Shown here piece by piece: positions 9,966-20,265 of a DNA stretch of 64,000 bases. Where the stretch lies: positions 6,859-70,858 of the IMG/VR virus record IMGVR_UViG_3300028835_001449; one strand, given 5' to 3'. Numbering within the stretch: position 1 is the stretch's first letter; each line of letters begins with the position of its first letter. Below the pieces are notes generated by a model that ran no database searches, had not been told where the DNA came from, and worked only from the letters and a program-made list of their open reading frames with translations. The stretch comes from a virus. Position numbers and translations under genes: made by a program.

Positions 9966-10784
9966 CTATTCCTGCTTGATGAGGCATGAGTATCTGGTCC
10001 CATCAGTTCCCTCGACATAACGCCAGACATCACCGCCAATCGTTACAGTATCATCATTATTAAATGGCGCATTCGAGTACCCACTCACAACGTTTCTCAA
10101 CCTCCCAAGAAGCAAAAGAACATCAGCATCGTATATCCAAGTCGGGCGCAAATGAACTCCGCCGTCAGCACACGGCCAATACTTGTATGTTGTAGCATGT
10201 CCCCACTGCCGTATGGGACACATTCCATTCCCTCTTACCCCCATCATCGCCCTTCCAACAACAATCGTCGTAGAATTAGGTATCCAACCGAGCGGGTTGT
10301 ATCCCAAGCCGTAAGCTGTTGAACTCACAATCATGACTGGGTGCTGAATCCTTGGTCTCTGAAAAGCACTCGGATATTCAAGCATCCCAACATAGTTTGC
10401 TTCCCATTCGATCTTATCAATGTAAATGAATCTATGATCGTGACTGCTGAAATAATAATCACCCTGCTTAGAAATGTATGGGACATTTGCGCCTCCAGCT
10501 CCGTAAATAACTTTGCAACCCGTGTCGTACGCATATGAATGCCCGACATTATCCCAGCTGTCATACATTAAAACTTTAGCATAATCGGCTTGGTTGTCTT
10601 GGACATGCAGATAAAAATCAACAACAGGGTCAGCAGTCGGATCGTAACATCGGTAAACTTTTTCGTTTGCGGGCATCCCAGCATCATACACGCTCCACGT
10701 TCCGTGCACTGCCACAAGAAGAGTATCAAGCACGTCGATAAACTTCCCCGCTGAAGCGTCGTGGGTATCACTTGTCCAAGCCAT
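9966..10784 (-). CDS. Tail protein, paralog of 9174..9956
   Basis: Visible alignment with neighbour; tail operon context. Confidence 0.6.
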   Translation of the reverse strand: MAWTSDTHDASAGKFIDVLDTLLVAVHGTWSVYDAGMPANEKVYRCYDPTADPVVDFYLHVQDNQADYAKVLMYDSWDNVGHSYAYDTGCKVIYGAGGANVPYISKQGDYYFSSHDHRFIYIDKIEWEANYVGMLEYPSAFQRPRIQHPVMIVSSTAYGLGYNPLGWIPNSTTIVVGRAMMGVRGNGMCPIRQWGHATTYKYWPCADGGVHLRPTWIYDADVLLLLGRLRNVVSGYSNAPFNNDDTVTIGGDVWRYVEGTDGTRYSCLIKQE

Positions 10785-10793
10785 TTTTACCTC

Positions 10794-11357
10794 TTAATAC
10801 TCAAACCACAAATCACCATTGTTTCCATCTCCGCCAACCGGGGCAACGTCCGACACATACAACGCAGGCCCGAACTCTATACCCGCATCCGCTGCCTTTA
10901 CTTTTAGCACCTTGCCGGCTTTTCCAGTGAGGGCATCAACGTTATCCAAATCCTCAATGTCTGCTCCAAACTCTATACCAGCACCCGCCGCCTTTACTTT
11001 CGGTAACTTCCCACCCTGACCGACAAGTGTATCAACATTCTCCAAATTCTCAATGTCTGCCCCAAACTCAAGGGCATCAGGAGTGGCGTTTACTTTAACT
11101 ATTTTGTTCCCCGACCCCGCATAATCTGCAGGCGTATCGGTCAAACCGAGAAATGCTATAACTGCCGCCAGAAACTCAAGAGCGTTCTCTGCATCGTTCA
11201 CTGTGGCGACTTTACCCTTTTCGCCGACATATGATCCCGGAGTATCGGGCAAATCAAGAAATAATGGAATACCGGCGATGCGACGGATGTGGGTCAATCG
11301 TCGATTGATGTTGCCAAGTTGTTTTTCGATCTTCTTTAGATCGTCTGCTACACTCAT
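10794..11357 (-). CDS. Tail fibre shaft protein with internal repeats
   Basis: Repeats FL.L.DTP..Y.G...K...VN....ALEF and GADIE.L.NVD.L.G..GK..KVKAA.AGIEF; C-terminal APVGGDGNNGDLWF. Confidence 0.65.
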   Translation of the reverse strand: MSVADDLKKIEKQLGNINRRLTHIRRIAGIPLFLDLPDTPGSYVGEKGKVATVNDAENALEFLAAVIAFLGLTDTPADYAGSGNKIVKVNATPDALEFGADIENLENVDTLVGQGGKLPKVKAAGAGIEFGADIEDLDNVDALTGKAGKVLKVKAADAGIEFGPALYVSDVAPVGGDGNNGDLWFEY

Positions 11358-12193
11358 AAGAGTGTTATCCCCCTTGCTTCCTCTTCAAGCTCCAATGTGA
11401 AGGAGTTTATGTCAAGAAAATTCCTTTTCGCGTCCAGATCATTCAGGCAGAGCACATACCAGCAGTCATCTAGAGCGGCATCTGGAATAAAAACGAACGG
11501 ATATTCACCGCCAAGAGCCTCAAAGAAGTCCTCCACCTCTCCAATAATATCGGCATCAACGACGTTATTGAATGTCAGCATGAAGTATTTCTGCTTTGCC
11601 AATTTCTTCCGATGCCTCTGGCCGTAGAGTGTCCTGCTCTCTGCCTTGATATATCTCAACGCTTCGGTGTATCCCCAATCGTAGTTTCGTGTGAAACTGC
11701 CATGCACAGCATGAACCAGCTCCCCAAATTCGTAATTATAGGGATTGTCCGGGTCGGTAATATCGAGCCTCCAATATTGAAATGTTTCCGTTGTGCCAAG
11801 AGCATTAAGTGAAAGCCAGATGTTTCGCGTAAGCGTATCTCCTTCTCCTAATACGTCTATTGGACCGTAAGCTGGATCACCCCAATTCGGCCCATTATCC
11901 CCGCTCAGAGTCAGCACAAACGGCGCAGCCACACTCGTTCCGACCAGATTATGATTCAACAACGCCAGCATGGTTGCCGGAGTCGTTTCATTCTGCAAGT
12001 CCCACATAACCCACTGAGCATCCCCAAGAGCCGCATTAGCACATCGATACGGCAAAGACTGACTCTTGTTATACAAATACTCGAGCTGATAAAGCGAGTC
12101 CTCCGAGCTACAGTACCCTCCAACAACCGGGTCGGCATCTACAGGCATAGTCACTGAAGTGATTAGATTTCCTGTTGCGTATCGTATGGTCAT
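11354..12193 (-). CDS. Putative distal tail protein
   Basis: Immediately downstream of tape measure; ends FTLELEE. Confidence 0.55.
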   Translation of the reverse strand: MTIRYATGNLITSVTMPVDADPVVGGYCSSEDSLYQLEYLYNKSQSLPYRCANAALGDAQWVMWDLQNETTPATMLALLNHNLVGTSVAAPFVLTLSGDNGPNWGDPAYGPIDVLGEGDTLTRNIWLSLNALGTTETFQYWRLDITDPDNPYNYEFGELVHAVHGSFTRNYDWGYTEALRYIKAESRTLYGQRHRKKLAKQKYFMLTFNNVVDADIIGEVEDFFEALGGEYPFVFIPDAALDDCWYVLCLNDLDAKRNFLDINSFTLELEEEARGITLL

Positions 12194-12194
12194 T

Positions 12195-15100
12195 TTAGTC
12201 CACCCTTATACTTTGTCTCATTTCCGTCCGTTTGCCGCCTTTATTTGTTTCAAGAATGCTAATGAACTTTGGGAATACTTCATTAGTGACAAGCTCTTCC
12301 ATGCCCTCAGCATCAACAGCGCTCAGTTGCGGAGCAAAGATGATTTGAGGCTGTGCCGCCTCCGGCGCCCTCTCAGCTCCCTCGGGTCTGCGAACCATTG
12401 CTCCCACCTCCGTCGGTACTGTAGCTGGAACCCCCGGAGCGGGTGCTGGAGTTGCTGGTCGACGAGCTGTCATCGCTTCGATCATAGCCTTGATTCTCGT
12501 CTCACCGAAAGCTTTGGCCATTTCACCCTCCGGAGTTGCAATGCCCACGGGAATTGTTAAATCTTTAGCCTCGGCAAGAGCTTTGGCCATCTCTTCCTTT
12601 GGAATTGCTAATTCTGGAGCTTCGATCTTCTCGAGCATGGATTGAGCCATGCTCGCTCCCTCTTCGATTGCCCCAAAAGTTTTCTCTGCTTGCGCTTGAG
12701 TTTTCGCCATCACCCCTGTCAAGCTATGCGGACCGAACTCCTTCCCTACATCTCTAACACCACGCTTTCCTCTACGACCGAAGTTATCGAATCCGCCTCC
12801 CAGTCTTTCAAGTCCTCGAGCAATTCTATCGAGACCTGATATCAACTTCTCTTGCCAGGTTGCTTCTTCTGCAGAGAGAACTCCCGCAGCTTCAGCTTGG
12901 TCAAGAAGTGCTTGCGTTGGCTTGTCGAGCTCCAACCCATGTTCTCGAGCCAGGTATGCTAGACGTTGCAGGGTCGGAGCCATCTGCATGAGAGCTTCAT
13001 TTCCCGATAGTCCGGCTGTCTTGAGTTGCTCAAAGTAAGAACCCGCCTGTTGAGCGGCATCCGTCAAAACCTCCTGATTCAAGGCTCCCACATTGGCCAG
13101 GGCATTAAGCACGTCAAGATTCCCGGTTACCGCACTGAACAGATCCTCATTGGCCGTAACAATGTCTTTCATTCGGAGAAGTTGGGAAATAGCGGCTCCT
13201 CCCGTTTGCCCCATTTCAGTATGTTTCTCGGCTATCGTCTCCAACGCAGGACCGAGAGCCGTCATCGCTTCTGCGTATGTTGCCCCGCTCTTAATCATCG
13301 CATTGAATGTGGCGAGCGTCTGTTTCTCAACACGTTCGAGCTGGAACCGAGCATCGCCCATACCGACGGTGATAGCGTCTGCCATCGCTTTAAGCCCTTG
13401 TGCAGCGCCTCCCCCCGTCTCCTCGACAATCCCTAACTGAGCATTGATATAATCTGTAACTTCTTTAACCTCGACTCCAGACTTCTGGACCTTCTTAATG
13501 AATTTGATCATGGCTTTGGAGCCTTCCTCTCCGAACAGCCGTGCACCTTCAACAAGCTTGGTGAACGACTCTCCGAGTCCTCGAGCGGCGTCTGTAGCCG
13601 AGATTTGCCCCCTCCGGTACGCCCCAAGTGTGGTCAGCGCACCCTGCCAGAGTTCGTTTATGTTTCTCTGACTTATTCCAACGTCGTCTATAATCTTAGA
13701 GAAAAGCTTTGCTTTAGCCGCCGTCGTTCCGATATCCTTTGCTAACGTGGCGATTTCCTCGGCAAGGGAGCGTGAGACTTTCCCATACGTGCGTAAGCTA
13801 CTCACAGTGCTGTCGATCGTACTCTGCCACTCTTTCTCCGCCTTCTCGGCCGCTTCCTTCTCCTTCTGAGCCTTAGACTTTATTCCAAAGAGCTTCCCAA
13901 GACCCGATAGAGCAGACGAAACGATACCTCCAACAATTCCACCAATGGGTCCTGCTATCGCACCGAACGATTTCAAAGCACTCTTAGCCAAATTTCCAAT
14001 CGTAGAACCAACACCTGCCGAAAGAATATTAAAAGAATTCTCAATCAAATCTCCAAAAGTTGTCGTGCCGGCAATCATCTCAGCAATACCTTTCGTCCAG
14101 TAATTTGTTATGTCATCTGTGACCGCCTGCCAATCCATAGAGAGTCCCCAGAACTCATTCGAAACCTTTCTGCGGCTATCGGCTTCAGCCTGTTCTATTT
14201 TAGGATACATACCCTCAAGTTCACTGACTCTTGGGTTGATATACTTTTCTTTGTAAACTTCCAAAGCAGCCTCGGCTACCTTCTTATGAGAGGCAATTTC
14301 CGTAACCCCCGACTTTCTCACCTCGGTCATACGCTTTCTGGCACCGCTTTGAATCTCATTAAGCTCCTCAATAGTGGTTGCCTTTTGAGCCTCTCGCTTC
14401 ATCCTTTCAATCTCAATTATTACGTCAAGCTCATTCATTCGAATAGCTGTAGCCAGATTAAACCTTCTCAACTCGTCAGCATAATATTCCTCAATTGTTT
14501 CCTTCTTCTTTTTATACATATCAGTATAGGACTTAATTTCGTCAGCAATCCGTCTCCTTACCATTTCCCAACGGCGAGCATCAGCTTCCAAAGCCCTATC
14601 CAATGCGTTCCTTGCCGAACCTTTATCATAAACATCAGCGACGGATTTATCTATTTCATACAAAACATCAGCGGTTCCACGCGCCATAGCCTCAAAACTC
14701 TCATCAAATCCCCTAAACAGCTTTTTATTCCAATCCCCGTATGTATTCGCCATCTCGTCAATTTTCTCAACTGCGGCAACGACGGCCTCAGTAGTTTTAT
14801 TCACCCTTTCCCGTAGCAGATTCATTCCTTCAGTGGACTTCAAGGAGGTTTCGTACATTTTCAAAAGTCCCTCTGGCATCTCGTCTCCGAAAACCTTTTT
14901 GGCTAACTTTGCCGCCTCATATAATTCGACTATCTTATCGTTCAAAAGTAATATAACTTCATCGACGTTACCACCTTTCTCCTCTACTTTCTTTAACACC
15001 TCTTGCAAAGCATTAAACTGTGTCTGAACCCCCTCCACAGTTGGAATGGCTGTCGTATAGCCCTTGACCATTGCCTTCCAGGCCTCTTCCTTTTCCCTCA

Positions 15101-16991
15101 AAGCCCTCGCCGTATCTGCTATTACCTTACGCTCAGCTTTCAGCTTTGTAAGAATATCAGTAAGAAATTTAGGAACAACCCGCTCCGCTTTTTCATATTC
15201 TTTAATATAAAATTGGATGCTCTCTATCATAGCATCGACTTTGTACTTCCCTTCTTTGTATAATTTTAACTGCGCTTCCATAGCCTGCTGAACTTCGGGA
15301 GCCATTTCCTTTAACTCGCCTTTGAGTATTTTTATCGTCCTTATATATGCTTCTTGTAATTCGACAGATTCCTTGCCCTGTTTTAAAGCTCTGAACATCT
15401 GTGAATAATTCCCTTTATATGCCCTTGTCATTGCCATCATTTCCCGAGTTGTCAGCCCTGCTTCTTTGGCTACCAGAGACCACCGCACAGCTTGAGTTTG
15501 AGCCTGCTCATTCACTCGTTTTTCGGACTCAATAACCTCGTTCTGGGCATCTCTAACTTTTTTAGTCCAATGAAGCGTAAGTAGAAGAGCGCCTACCAAA
15601 ATACCCAAACCTACAGTCGTAACTGCACTTGCAGCCTTCAATCCCTTTACTGCTTTAGTTAAAAACGTAACAAACTTCGATGCAACTTGGAACTTCTTAA
15701 ACTGACCAACAGCCCAAAGCACCTTGGCTGACATCATCAAAGCGGGTCCGAGAATAGCAAGGAACGCACCGAGTCCAATGACTACGGCTTTTATCGGTCC
15801 GGGAGCGTCTGCGAACTTCTCTATTAGCTTTATTACATTCAAAAGCACTGGCTTGAGAGCCACAATGAGTTTTCCAAGAGCTGGAGCCAGAGCATCGCCC
15901 AGCGTTCGCATAAGAACAGCTCCCATTGACTTCAACTGCTGGAAGCTAAACCCGGTCTCCCAAACGCCTTTCTCTATCTCTTTAAACGCCTTATCCAAAG
16001 CTCCCAATCTTTCCTCCATTGCGCCCAATTTCTTGGCAAAGATGTCAGCCTGACTACCTGTCAAAGCGAACCATCCGATTAACGCTTCTGCTCGAGGCAG
16101 GAGTTTTGCCACGGATTCTGCTGTGCCGTCAGTTTTCCCCTCTAATGCTTTCATGGCTCCAACAAGACCTAACTCTTTTACCATCGCCGCAGAAGTCGCA
16201 AACCCCAACTTCCCTATTAATTCCGTCATCGTGTCTGTGGGTTTCATCATGCCTCGAAGGATTCCTGCAAACTGTGTACTTACCTCCGCCGCTCCCCCTG
16301 TAACACCTGTTAATGTTGCAAAAATGGCAAACATCTCTTCCTGCTTAACATTTAACTTGGCGGAAATGGGTACAACTCGACCAATGCTTTTAGCCAATTC
16401 AGGAAAGGTTGTTTGTCCCAGTTTTACAGTTATGAAAGCCAAGTCTGCAGCTTTTTGAATTGCCTCGGCTGTCGTGTCGTTATAGCCTTTGGTAACCGCA
16501 GAAGTAAGATTGATGGCATCGGTTGTTGTGGCCATACCGGCAGCGGCCGCCTTAACATTGATTTCTAATATCTTTGAAGTCTCTGCCGTGTCTCCAAATG
16601 CCGAAATGACCTGATAGGCTCCATCGGCGATGTCCTTGGCACTCGTACCAAATGCCATAGACATTTCATTGATATCGGTCTTTAACTCTTTAACTCGTTT
16701 GATATTGCCTGGAATCAGGGTGCCGATATTTGCCATGGACTTATTAAAGTCCATAGACATTTTGAGGGCGGCAACACCGATTCCCACTAACGGCAGAGTT
16801 AGTCCGACAGTCAGACCTCTACCTGCTTTTTTGAGTTTCTTTGAGATTGCGTCGAGGTTTCGACCGGACTTCTTGACAGATTTGTCAAGGGTTTTGAACG
16901 CTTGTGTCCCTTTGGTAGAGAACTGCTGGATTACACGCGTTCCCTTATCATCAACACGCAGTACGAGGACAATATCCTGACCACCGGGCAT
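12195..16991 (-). CDS. Tail tape measure protein (TP901-like N-terminal region), 1598 aa
   Basis: LTVGLTLPLVGIG...FNKSMANI..., hydrophobic segments, long Ala/Gly-rich helical body, position after chaperone genes. Confidence 0.95.
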   Translation of the reverse strand: MPGGQDIVLVLRVDDKGTRVIQQFSTKGTQAFKTLDKSVKKSGRNLDAISKKLKKAGRGLTVGLTLPLVGIGVAALKMSMDFNKSMANIGTLIPGNIKRVKELKTDINEMSMAFGTSAKDIADGAYQVISAFGDTAETSKILEINVKAAAAGMATTTDAINLTSAVTKGYNDTTAEAIQKAADLAFITVKLGQTTFPELAKSIGRVVPISAKLNVKQEEMFAIFATLTGVTGGAAEVSTQFAGILRGMMKPTDTMTELIGKLGFATSAAMVKELGLVGAMKALEGKTDGTAESVAKLLPRAEALIGWFALTGSQADIFAKKLGAMEERLGALDKAFKEIEKGVWETGFSFQQLKSMGAVLMRTLGDALAPALGKLIVALKPVLLNVIKLIEKFADAPGPIKAVVIGLGAFLAILGPALMMSAKVLWAVGQFKKFQVASKFVTFLTKAVKGLKAASAVTTVGLGILVGALLLTLHWTKKVRDAQNEVIESEKRVNEQAQTQAVRWSLVAKEAGLTTREMMAMTRAYKGNYSQMFRALKQGKESVELQEAYIRTIKILKGELKEMAPEVQQAMEAQLKLYKEGKYKVDAMIESIQFYIKEYEKAERVVPKFLTDILTKLKAERKVIADTARALREKEEAWKAMVKGYTTAIPTVEGVQTQFNALQEVLKKVEEKGGNVDEVILLLNDKIVELYEAAKLAKKVFGDEMPEGLLKMYETSLKSTEGMNLLRERVNKTTEAVVAAVEKIDEMANTYGDWNKKLFRGFDESFEAMARGTADVLYEIDKSVADVYDKGSARNALDRALEADARRWEMVRRRIADEIKSYTDMYKKKKETIEEYYADELRRFNLATAIRMNELDVIIEIERMKREAQKATTIEELNEIQSGARKRMTEVRKSGVTEIASHKKVAEAALEVYKEKYINPRVSELEGMYPKIEQAEADSRRKVSNEFWGLSMDWQAVTDDITNYWTKGIAEMIAGTTTFGDLIENSFNILSAGVGSTIGNLAKSALKSFGAIAGPIGGIVGGIVSSALSGLGKLFGIKSKAQKEKEAAEKAEKEWQSTIDSTVSSLRTYGKVSRSLAEEIATLAKDIGTTAAKAKLFSKIIDDVGISQRNINELWQGALTTLGAYRRGQISATDAARGLGESFTKLVEGARLFGEEGSKAMIKFIKKVQKSGVEVKEVTDYINAQLGIVEETGGGAAQGLKAMADAITVGMGDARFQLERVEKQTLATFNAMIKSGATYAEAMTALGPALETIAEKHTEMGQTGGAAISQLLRMKDIVTANEDLFSAVTGNLDVLNALANVGALNQEVLTDAAQQAGSYFEQLKTAGLSGNEALMQMAPTLQRLAYLAREHGLELDKPTQALLDQAEAAGVLSAEEATWQEKLISGLDRIARGLERLGGGFDNFGRRGKRGVRDVGKEFGPHSLTGVMAKTQAQAEKTFGAIEEGASMAQSMLEKIEAPELAIPKEEMAKALAEAKDLTIPVGIATPEGEMAKAFGETRIKAMIEAMTARRPATPAPAPGVPATVPTEVGAMVRRPEGAERAPEAAQPQIIFAPQLSAVDAEGMEELVTNEVFPKFISILETNKGGKRTEMRQSIRVD

Positions 16992-17012
16992 TTTATCCTC
17001 TAGTAGCGTATG

Positions 17013-17434
17013 CTATCTTCTAATTCTCGCACGTGACCTACCTCGCGCTTCTTCAACCTTCCGTTTCGCTTCGTCCTCTTTCCGTGCCTTCTCAAATTTG
17101 GCAAGGCGAAGAGGGTTGGCGACTCCTATCATAAATAGGATTTTACCGGCCAGCGAACGCTGGTCTATTCCACCGACCTCATATAGGTCACATAGGTCAC
17201 GGACTAGCCGTCCGTCGTATTTCAACAATCCCGTATTGGGGTCAACTGCCTGCGTGAGCAGAACGTTGTAAACGTCCCAAACGTCGATGTTAGCCGGGCA
17301 GAGAATGGGCACGCCCTTCGGGCAAAAGCCGAGCTCGTCAACGTTATCGCACTTCGGTCTGTGTTTCTCCTCTACCTCTTTGAAAAGCTTCTTGCAGTTC
17401 TCACAGTTAAGAGCTGTGGGGTCTTCTGCCCACG
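17013..17434 (-). CDS. Tail assembly chaperone, frameshifted extension (gpT-like)
   Basis: The -1 frame is open from the GGAAAAG site (17441-17447) through ORF 17013..17312. Confidence 0.7.
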
Positions 17435-17902
17435 CTACTGCTTTTCCAACTGTTCTACCTCTTTCTCCTTCTCCTCCTTAAACTTAACGAAGTACTCAGG
17501 AGAAGTGGCTACAGCCAAGCACCAATTCTCAAACTCTGCGGATTCCCAGATAATTGTTACCCTGTTCTTGTATTCTGGCGGGACCTCGTTCTTCCGATCC
17601 TTCTCTGTAACTTCGATGGGGAAAAGTTTCTGAAACCCCTCGAGGGTCAGTCCTTTCCAACTGAGCAGAACCTTCTCTGCCCAGTGATGAGCAACCTTCC
17701 CTCTGTCGAGATCGTCCTTGAACTTCCGCTCTTCCTTGTCGTAGATGTGCTTGGTGCACGACTCGACAATCTTAATCATGTGCTGTTTCGAGACATATGC
17801 AATCTCGACCATGAATCCCGGAATGGCATCGTACTCAACCCATACCGATACACCCTTCATCATAGTGCTGTCTATCAGCTTTTGTAAATTAACCGGACTC
17901 AT
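17435..17902 (-). CDS. Tail assembly chaperone (gpG-like)
   Basis: Between tail tube and tape measure; ends TTG GAA AAG CAG TAG. Confidence 0.8.
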   Translation of the reverse strand: MSPVNLQKLIDSTMMKGVSVWVEYDAIPGFMVEIAYVSKQHMIKIVESCTKHIYDKEERKFKDDLDRGKVAHHWAEKVLLSWKGLTLEGFQKLFPIEVTEKDRKNEVPPEYKNRVTIIWESAEFENWCLAVATSPEYFVKFKEEKEKEVEQLEKQ

Positions 17903-17957
17903 ACCGTGCCTCCTGAAAAAAATCTATTCGACTGCGCCGGGCACTATCCCGAACCGC

Positions 17958-19145
17958 TTAATCGAATGCAATTCTAAGTTCGTCGTCGCCTGCCGCTGAT
18001 CCAACCGCATCAAAAGGCAGCTCGATCATCACTTCCTCGTCGCCCGAAAGAACCGGAGCTTTGTACTCTATCTGCGGGCAAAAGACTCTCATTCTGTTGC
18101 CTGACACATCTCCCGCAGGAACGATAAGAGCATCCTTCTCCCGTTTATCCGCCTTGTAGAAATACCTCGATCCTGCTGGGGCGTAGTACATGGTCAGAGT
18201 GCCGTTGACATCCCTGAATGTGGGCGCACCGTATGCTGTTGCGTAGGCCAGGCCGTTCTTCTCGTCAATATAGTACTTGATGTTATTTGTGAGTGTAATG
18301 GTAGCTGTGAGGACGACACATTGACTCGTGTCGATGGTAACGACTCCCATCTTCCCGCAAATGGGTTTCTTCGTGTCAACTGCTCCGCTAGTCGGATACC
18401 AACCTTTAACTGTCGCTCCGCTTGTTTCCTCTTCCGCAAGTCCCGGGGAAATTGTGATGATGTCAGTTTCGTAGTCAATGGATGTGATCAGATACCCGGT
18501 TGCCGGTGTGTTATCACCGACTGAAATTCTGATGTTTGAATCCGAGAAACGTTTTGAGTGAGTGACGTGAAGTGTTGTGGCGTCTTTGGCTTCCGTCTGT
18601 GAGAGCGTTGACTCACCTGCCAAGAATTGCCGCATGAAACTCCCGCTCCAAGCCAGCGATGCTATCGCGTCTCCAGCGATGCTTATCTCGAGCGTTTCAA
18701 CCGTGCATCCCATCATGGCAAAAACCGTGGTTCCGACCTTTCTCCACAAGCTGAAGCTGGGGATGGTCAATGAGCTGTCAAGCACGTACAGGACACCTTG
18801 ACTCCAGTTGGCACAAGCGGCAGGAGAGTTTGTTAGACATTTCCGTCCCAACGCGGCTTCTAACAGAACATCAACTTCGGGCTTTGTTCCCACAACTCCG
18901 GATGGCTTGACGTACGTGGTAAAGCTCCACTCTCCGGGATTGACCCAACAACTGAGCGGACTCATTCTCGACCGCTGGCCTCTGATCTGTTCATCTTCCA
19001 GCAACTCACGTTCTTGACCCGTAGTTGCCACTCCGACGGCAAGTACTCTGTCAGTAACGTCGGGTCTGACCATCACTCCTTCTTGCCCGACGGCTTCCTT
19101 CTTGACGAAGAGCTGTTCCTCGTTTGCCTTTGCGTATGTTCTCAT
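17958..19145 (-). CDS. Major tail tube protein (siphovirus type)
   Basis: LFVKKE...G, LLEAALG, PSFSL, MGCTVETLEIS, TLTNN, RDVNGTLT, IELPF..., DELRIAF; position before chaperones. Confidence 0.8.
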   Translation of the reverse strand: MRTYAKANEEQLFVKKEAVGQEGVMVRPDVTDRVLAVGVATTGQERELLEDEQIRGQRSRMSPLSCWVNPGEWSFTTYVKPSGVVGTKPEVDVLLEAALGRKCLTNSPAACANWSQGVLYVLDSSLTIPSFSLWRKVGTTVFAMMGCTVETLEISIAGDAIASLAWSGSFMRQFLAGESTLSQTEAKDATTLHVTHSKRFSDSNIRISVGDNTPATGYLITSIDYETDIITISPGLAEEETSGATVKGWYPTSGAVDTKKPICGKMGVVTIDTSQCVVLTATITLTNNIKYYIDEKNGLAYATAYGAPTFRDVNGTLTMYYAPAGSRYFYKADKREKDALIVPAGDVSGNRMRVFCPQIEYKAPVLSGDEEVMIELPFDAVGSAAGDDELRIAFD

Positions 19146-19164
19146 GTTATAACTCCTCCATCAA

Positions 19165-19437
19165 TTATTCACTTCTAACCTTCCAACCGACATCGATACC
19201 GTTTTTCTTACCTTCACTTATGGCAATTACGTAGCCGTCATAGACTCTTTTGGGTACCTCAACCCAAACACCCTTCGGACATGTGGCAACGCCCGGTATT
19301 GCTCTGGGCGCATTCGTAGACATTAAGAAGAATCGGGATGGGGGAGAGGGTGGGGGAGTGGGTGGTTTTGGTTTTTTTGGATAATACTTTTGATAAGAAA
19401 CTGACTTTATTGGCTTCTGCTTCCTTGCTCTAGGCAT
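19165..19437 (-). CDS. Small Pro-rich protein
   Basis: KPKPPTPPPSPPS; RBS; between terminator-like genes and tube. Confidence 0.55.
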   Translation of the reverse strand: MPRARKQKPIKSVSYQKYYPKKPKPPTPPPSPPSRFFLMSTNAPRAIPGVATCPKGVWVEVPKRVYDGYVIAISEGKKNGIDVGWKVRSE

Positions 19438-19843
19438 TGGCTATCTCCTTCTCATACAAAATTTCCAAGCTGAGAATAACCTCCCATAATGGAAACTCAC
19501 CGCCATACCGCACGCTCCTTACGTGACAACAGGTACACGTTCCGTTCAGAGTTATATCACCACCGATTGCATCTTTCAACTCTTTTGTCAATGTTTCTTT
19601 CTGTGTGTCCGAGTCCGGCTCATCTATATAATAGCAAGTCAAATCAACGAAAAACGAGTACATATCGAAGCCACCAACCTCGCCTCTCGTTGTCTCCTCG
19701 ACCGCTATAATCTCATTCAATGGAACTTCAGCTAATGTTCGCACGGTCATATCAAGCTTTGCATTGGCATTAACGACAGTATTAACACTGGCTGTGTTTA
19801 CCTGATTTGCTAACGCCGCTAATATCAATTGTGCTTGTGACAT
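19430..19843 (-). CDS. Tail terminator-like protein 2
   Basis: Likely start at 19843 (TAATG overlap); DAIGGDITLNGT...LSLEILY. Confidence 0.55.
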   Translation of the reverse strand: MSQAQLILAALANQVNTASVNTVVNANAKLDMTVRTLAEVPLNEIIAVEETTRGEVGGFDMYSFFVDLTCYYIDEPDSDTQKETLTKELKDAIGGDITLNGTCTCCHVRSVRYGGEFPLWEVILSLEILYEKEIANA

Positions 19844-20265
19844 TATACCCTGCTCAAATAACTTACCTCGAGTGTTAGGATGCCAACACAATGAGGCTCT
19901 AAGAATCCCTCATCCGTGACGACCCGAACTACCTTAGTATTATAGACCTTAGTACCCCGAGTCACATCATCGAGTATTTTATCGACTGTGGCACGAATGA
20001 GAGCATCTAACTTCGTACCCAAATCTCCCTCCTCACTATAATCAAAGACTACGACAACTATCGTATGAGTGACCTTGATAACATCCTGCAAGAACCTCAT
20101 CCTGTCCCGTCGCACATCGTTCAGGAAGCTTGATGGATACTCATAATTCTCATAGTCCTCCTGATGATGACGTTCGCAGTCCTTCATTGTCCTGCCGTTT
20201 ACGCTAACCGTCTTTATATCTGCAACGAGGTCAAGCAGAACATCTTCGGCGGTCGTATATCTCAT
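19843..20265 (-). CDS. Tail terminator-like protein 1
   Basis: DKILDDVTRGT...TDEG...ILTLEVSY; neck position. Confidence 0.6.
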   Translation of the reverse strand: MRYTTAEDVLLDLVADIKTVSVNGRTMKDCERHHQEDYENYEYPSSFLNDVRRDRMRFLQDVIKVTHTIVVVVFDYSEEGDLGTKLDALIRATVDKILDDVTRGTKVYNTKVVRVVTDEGFLEPHCVGILTLEVSYLSRV

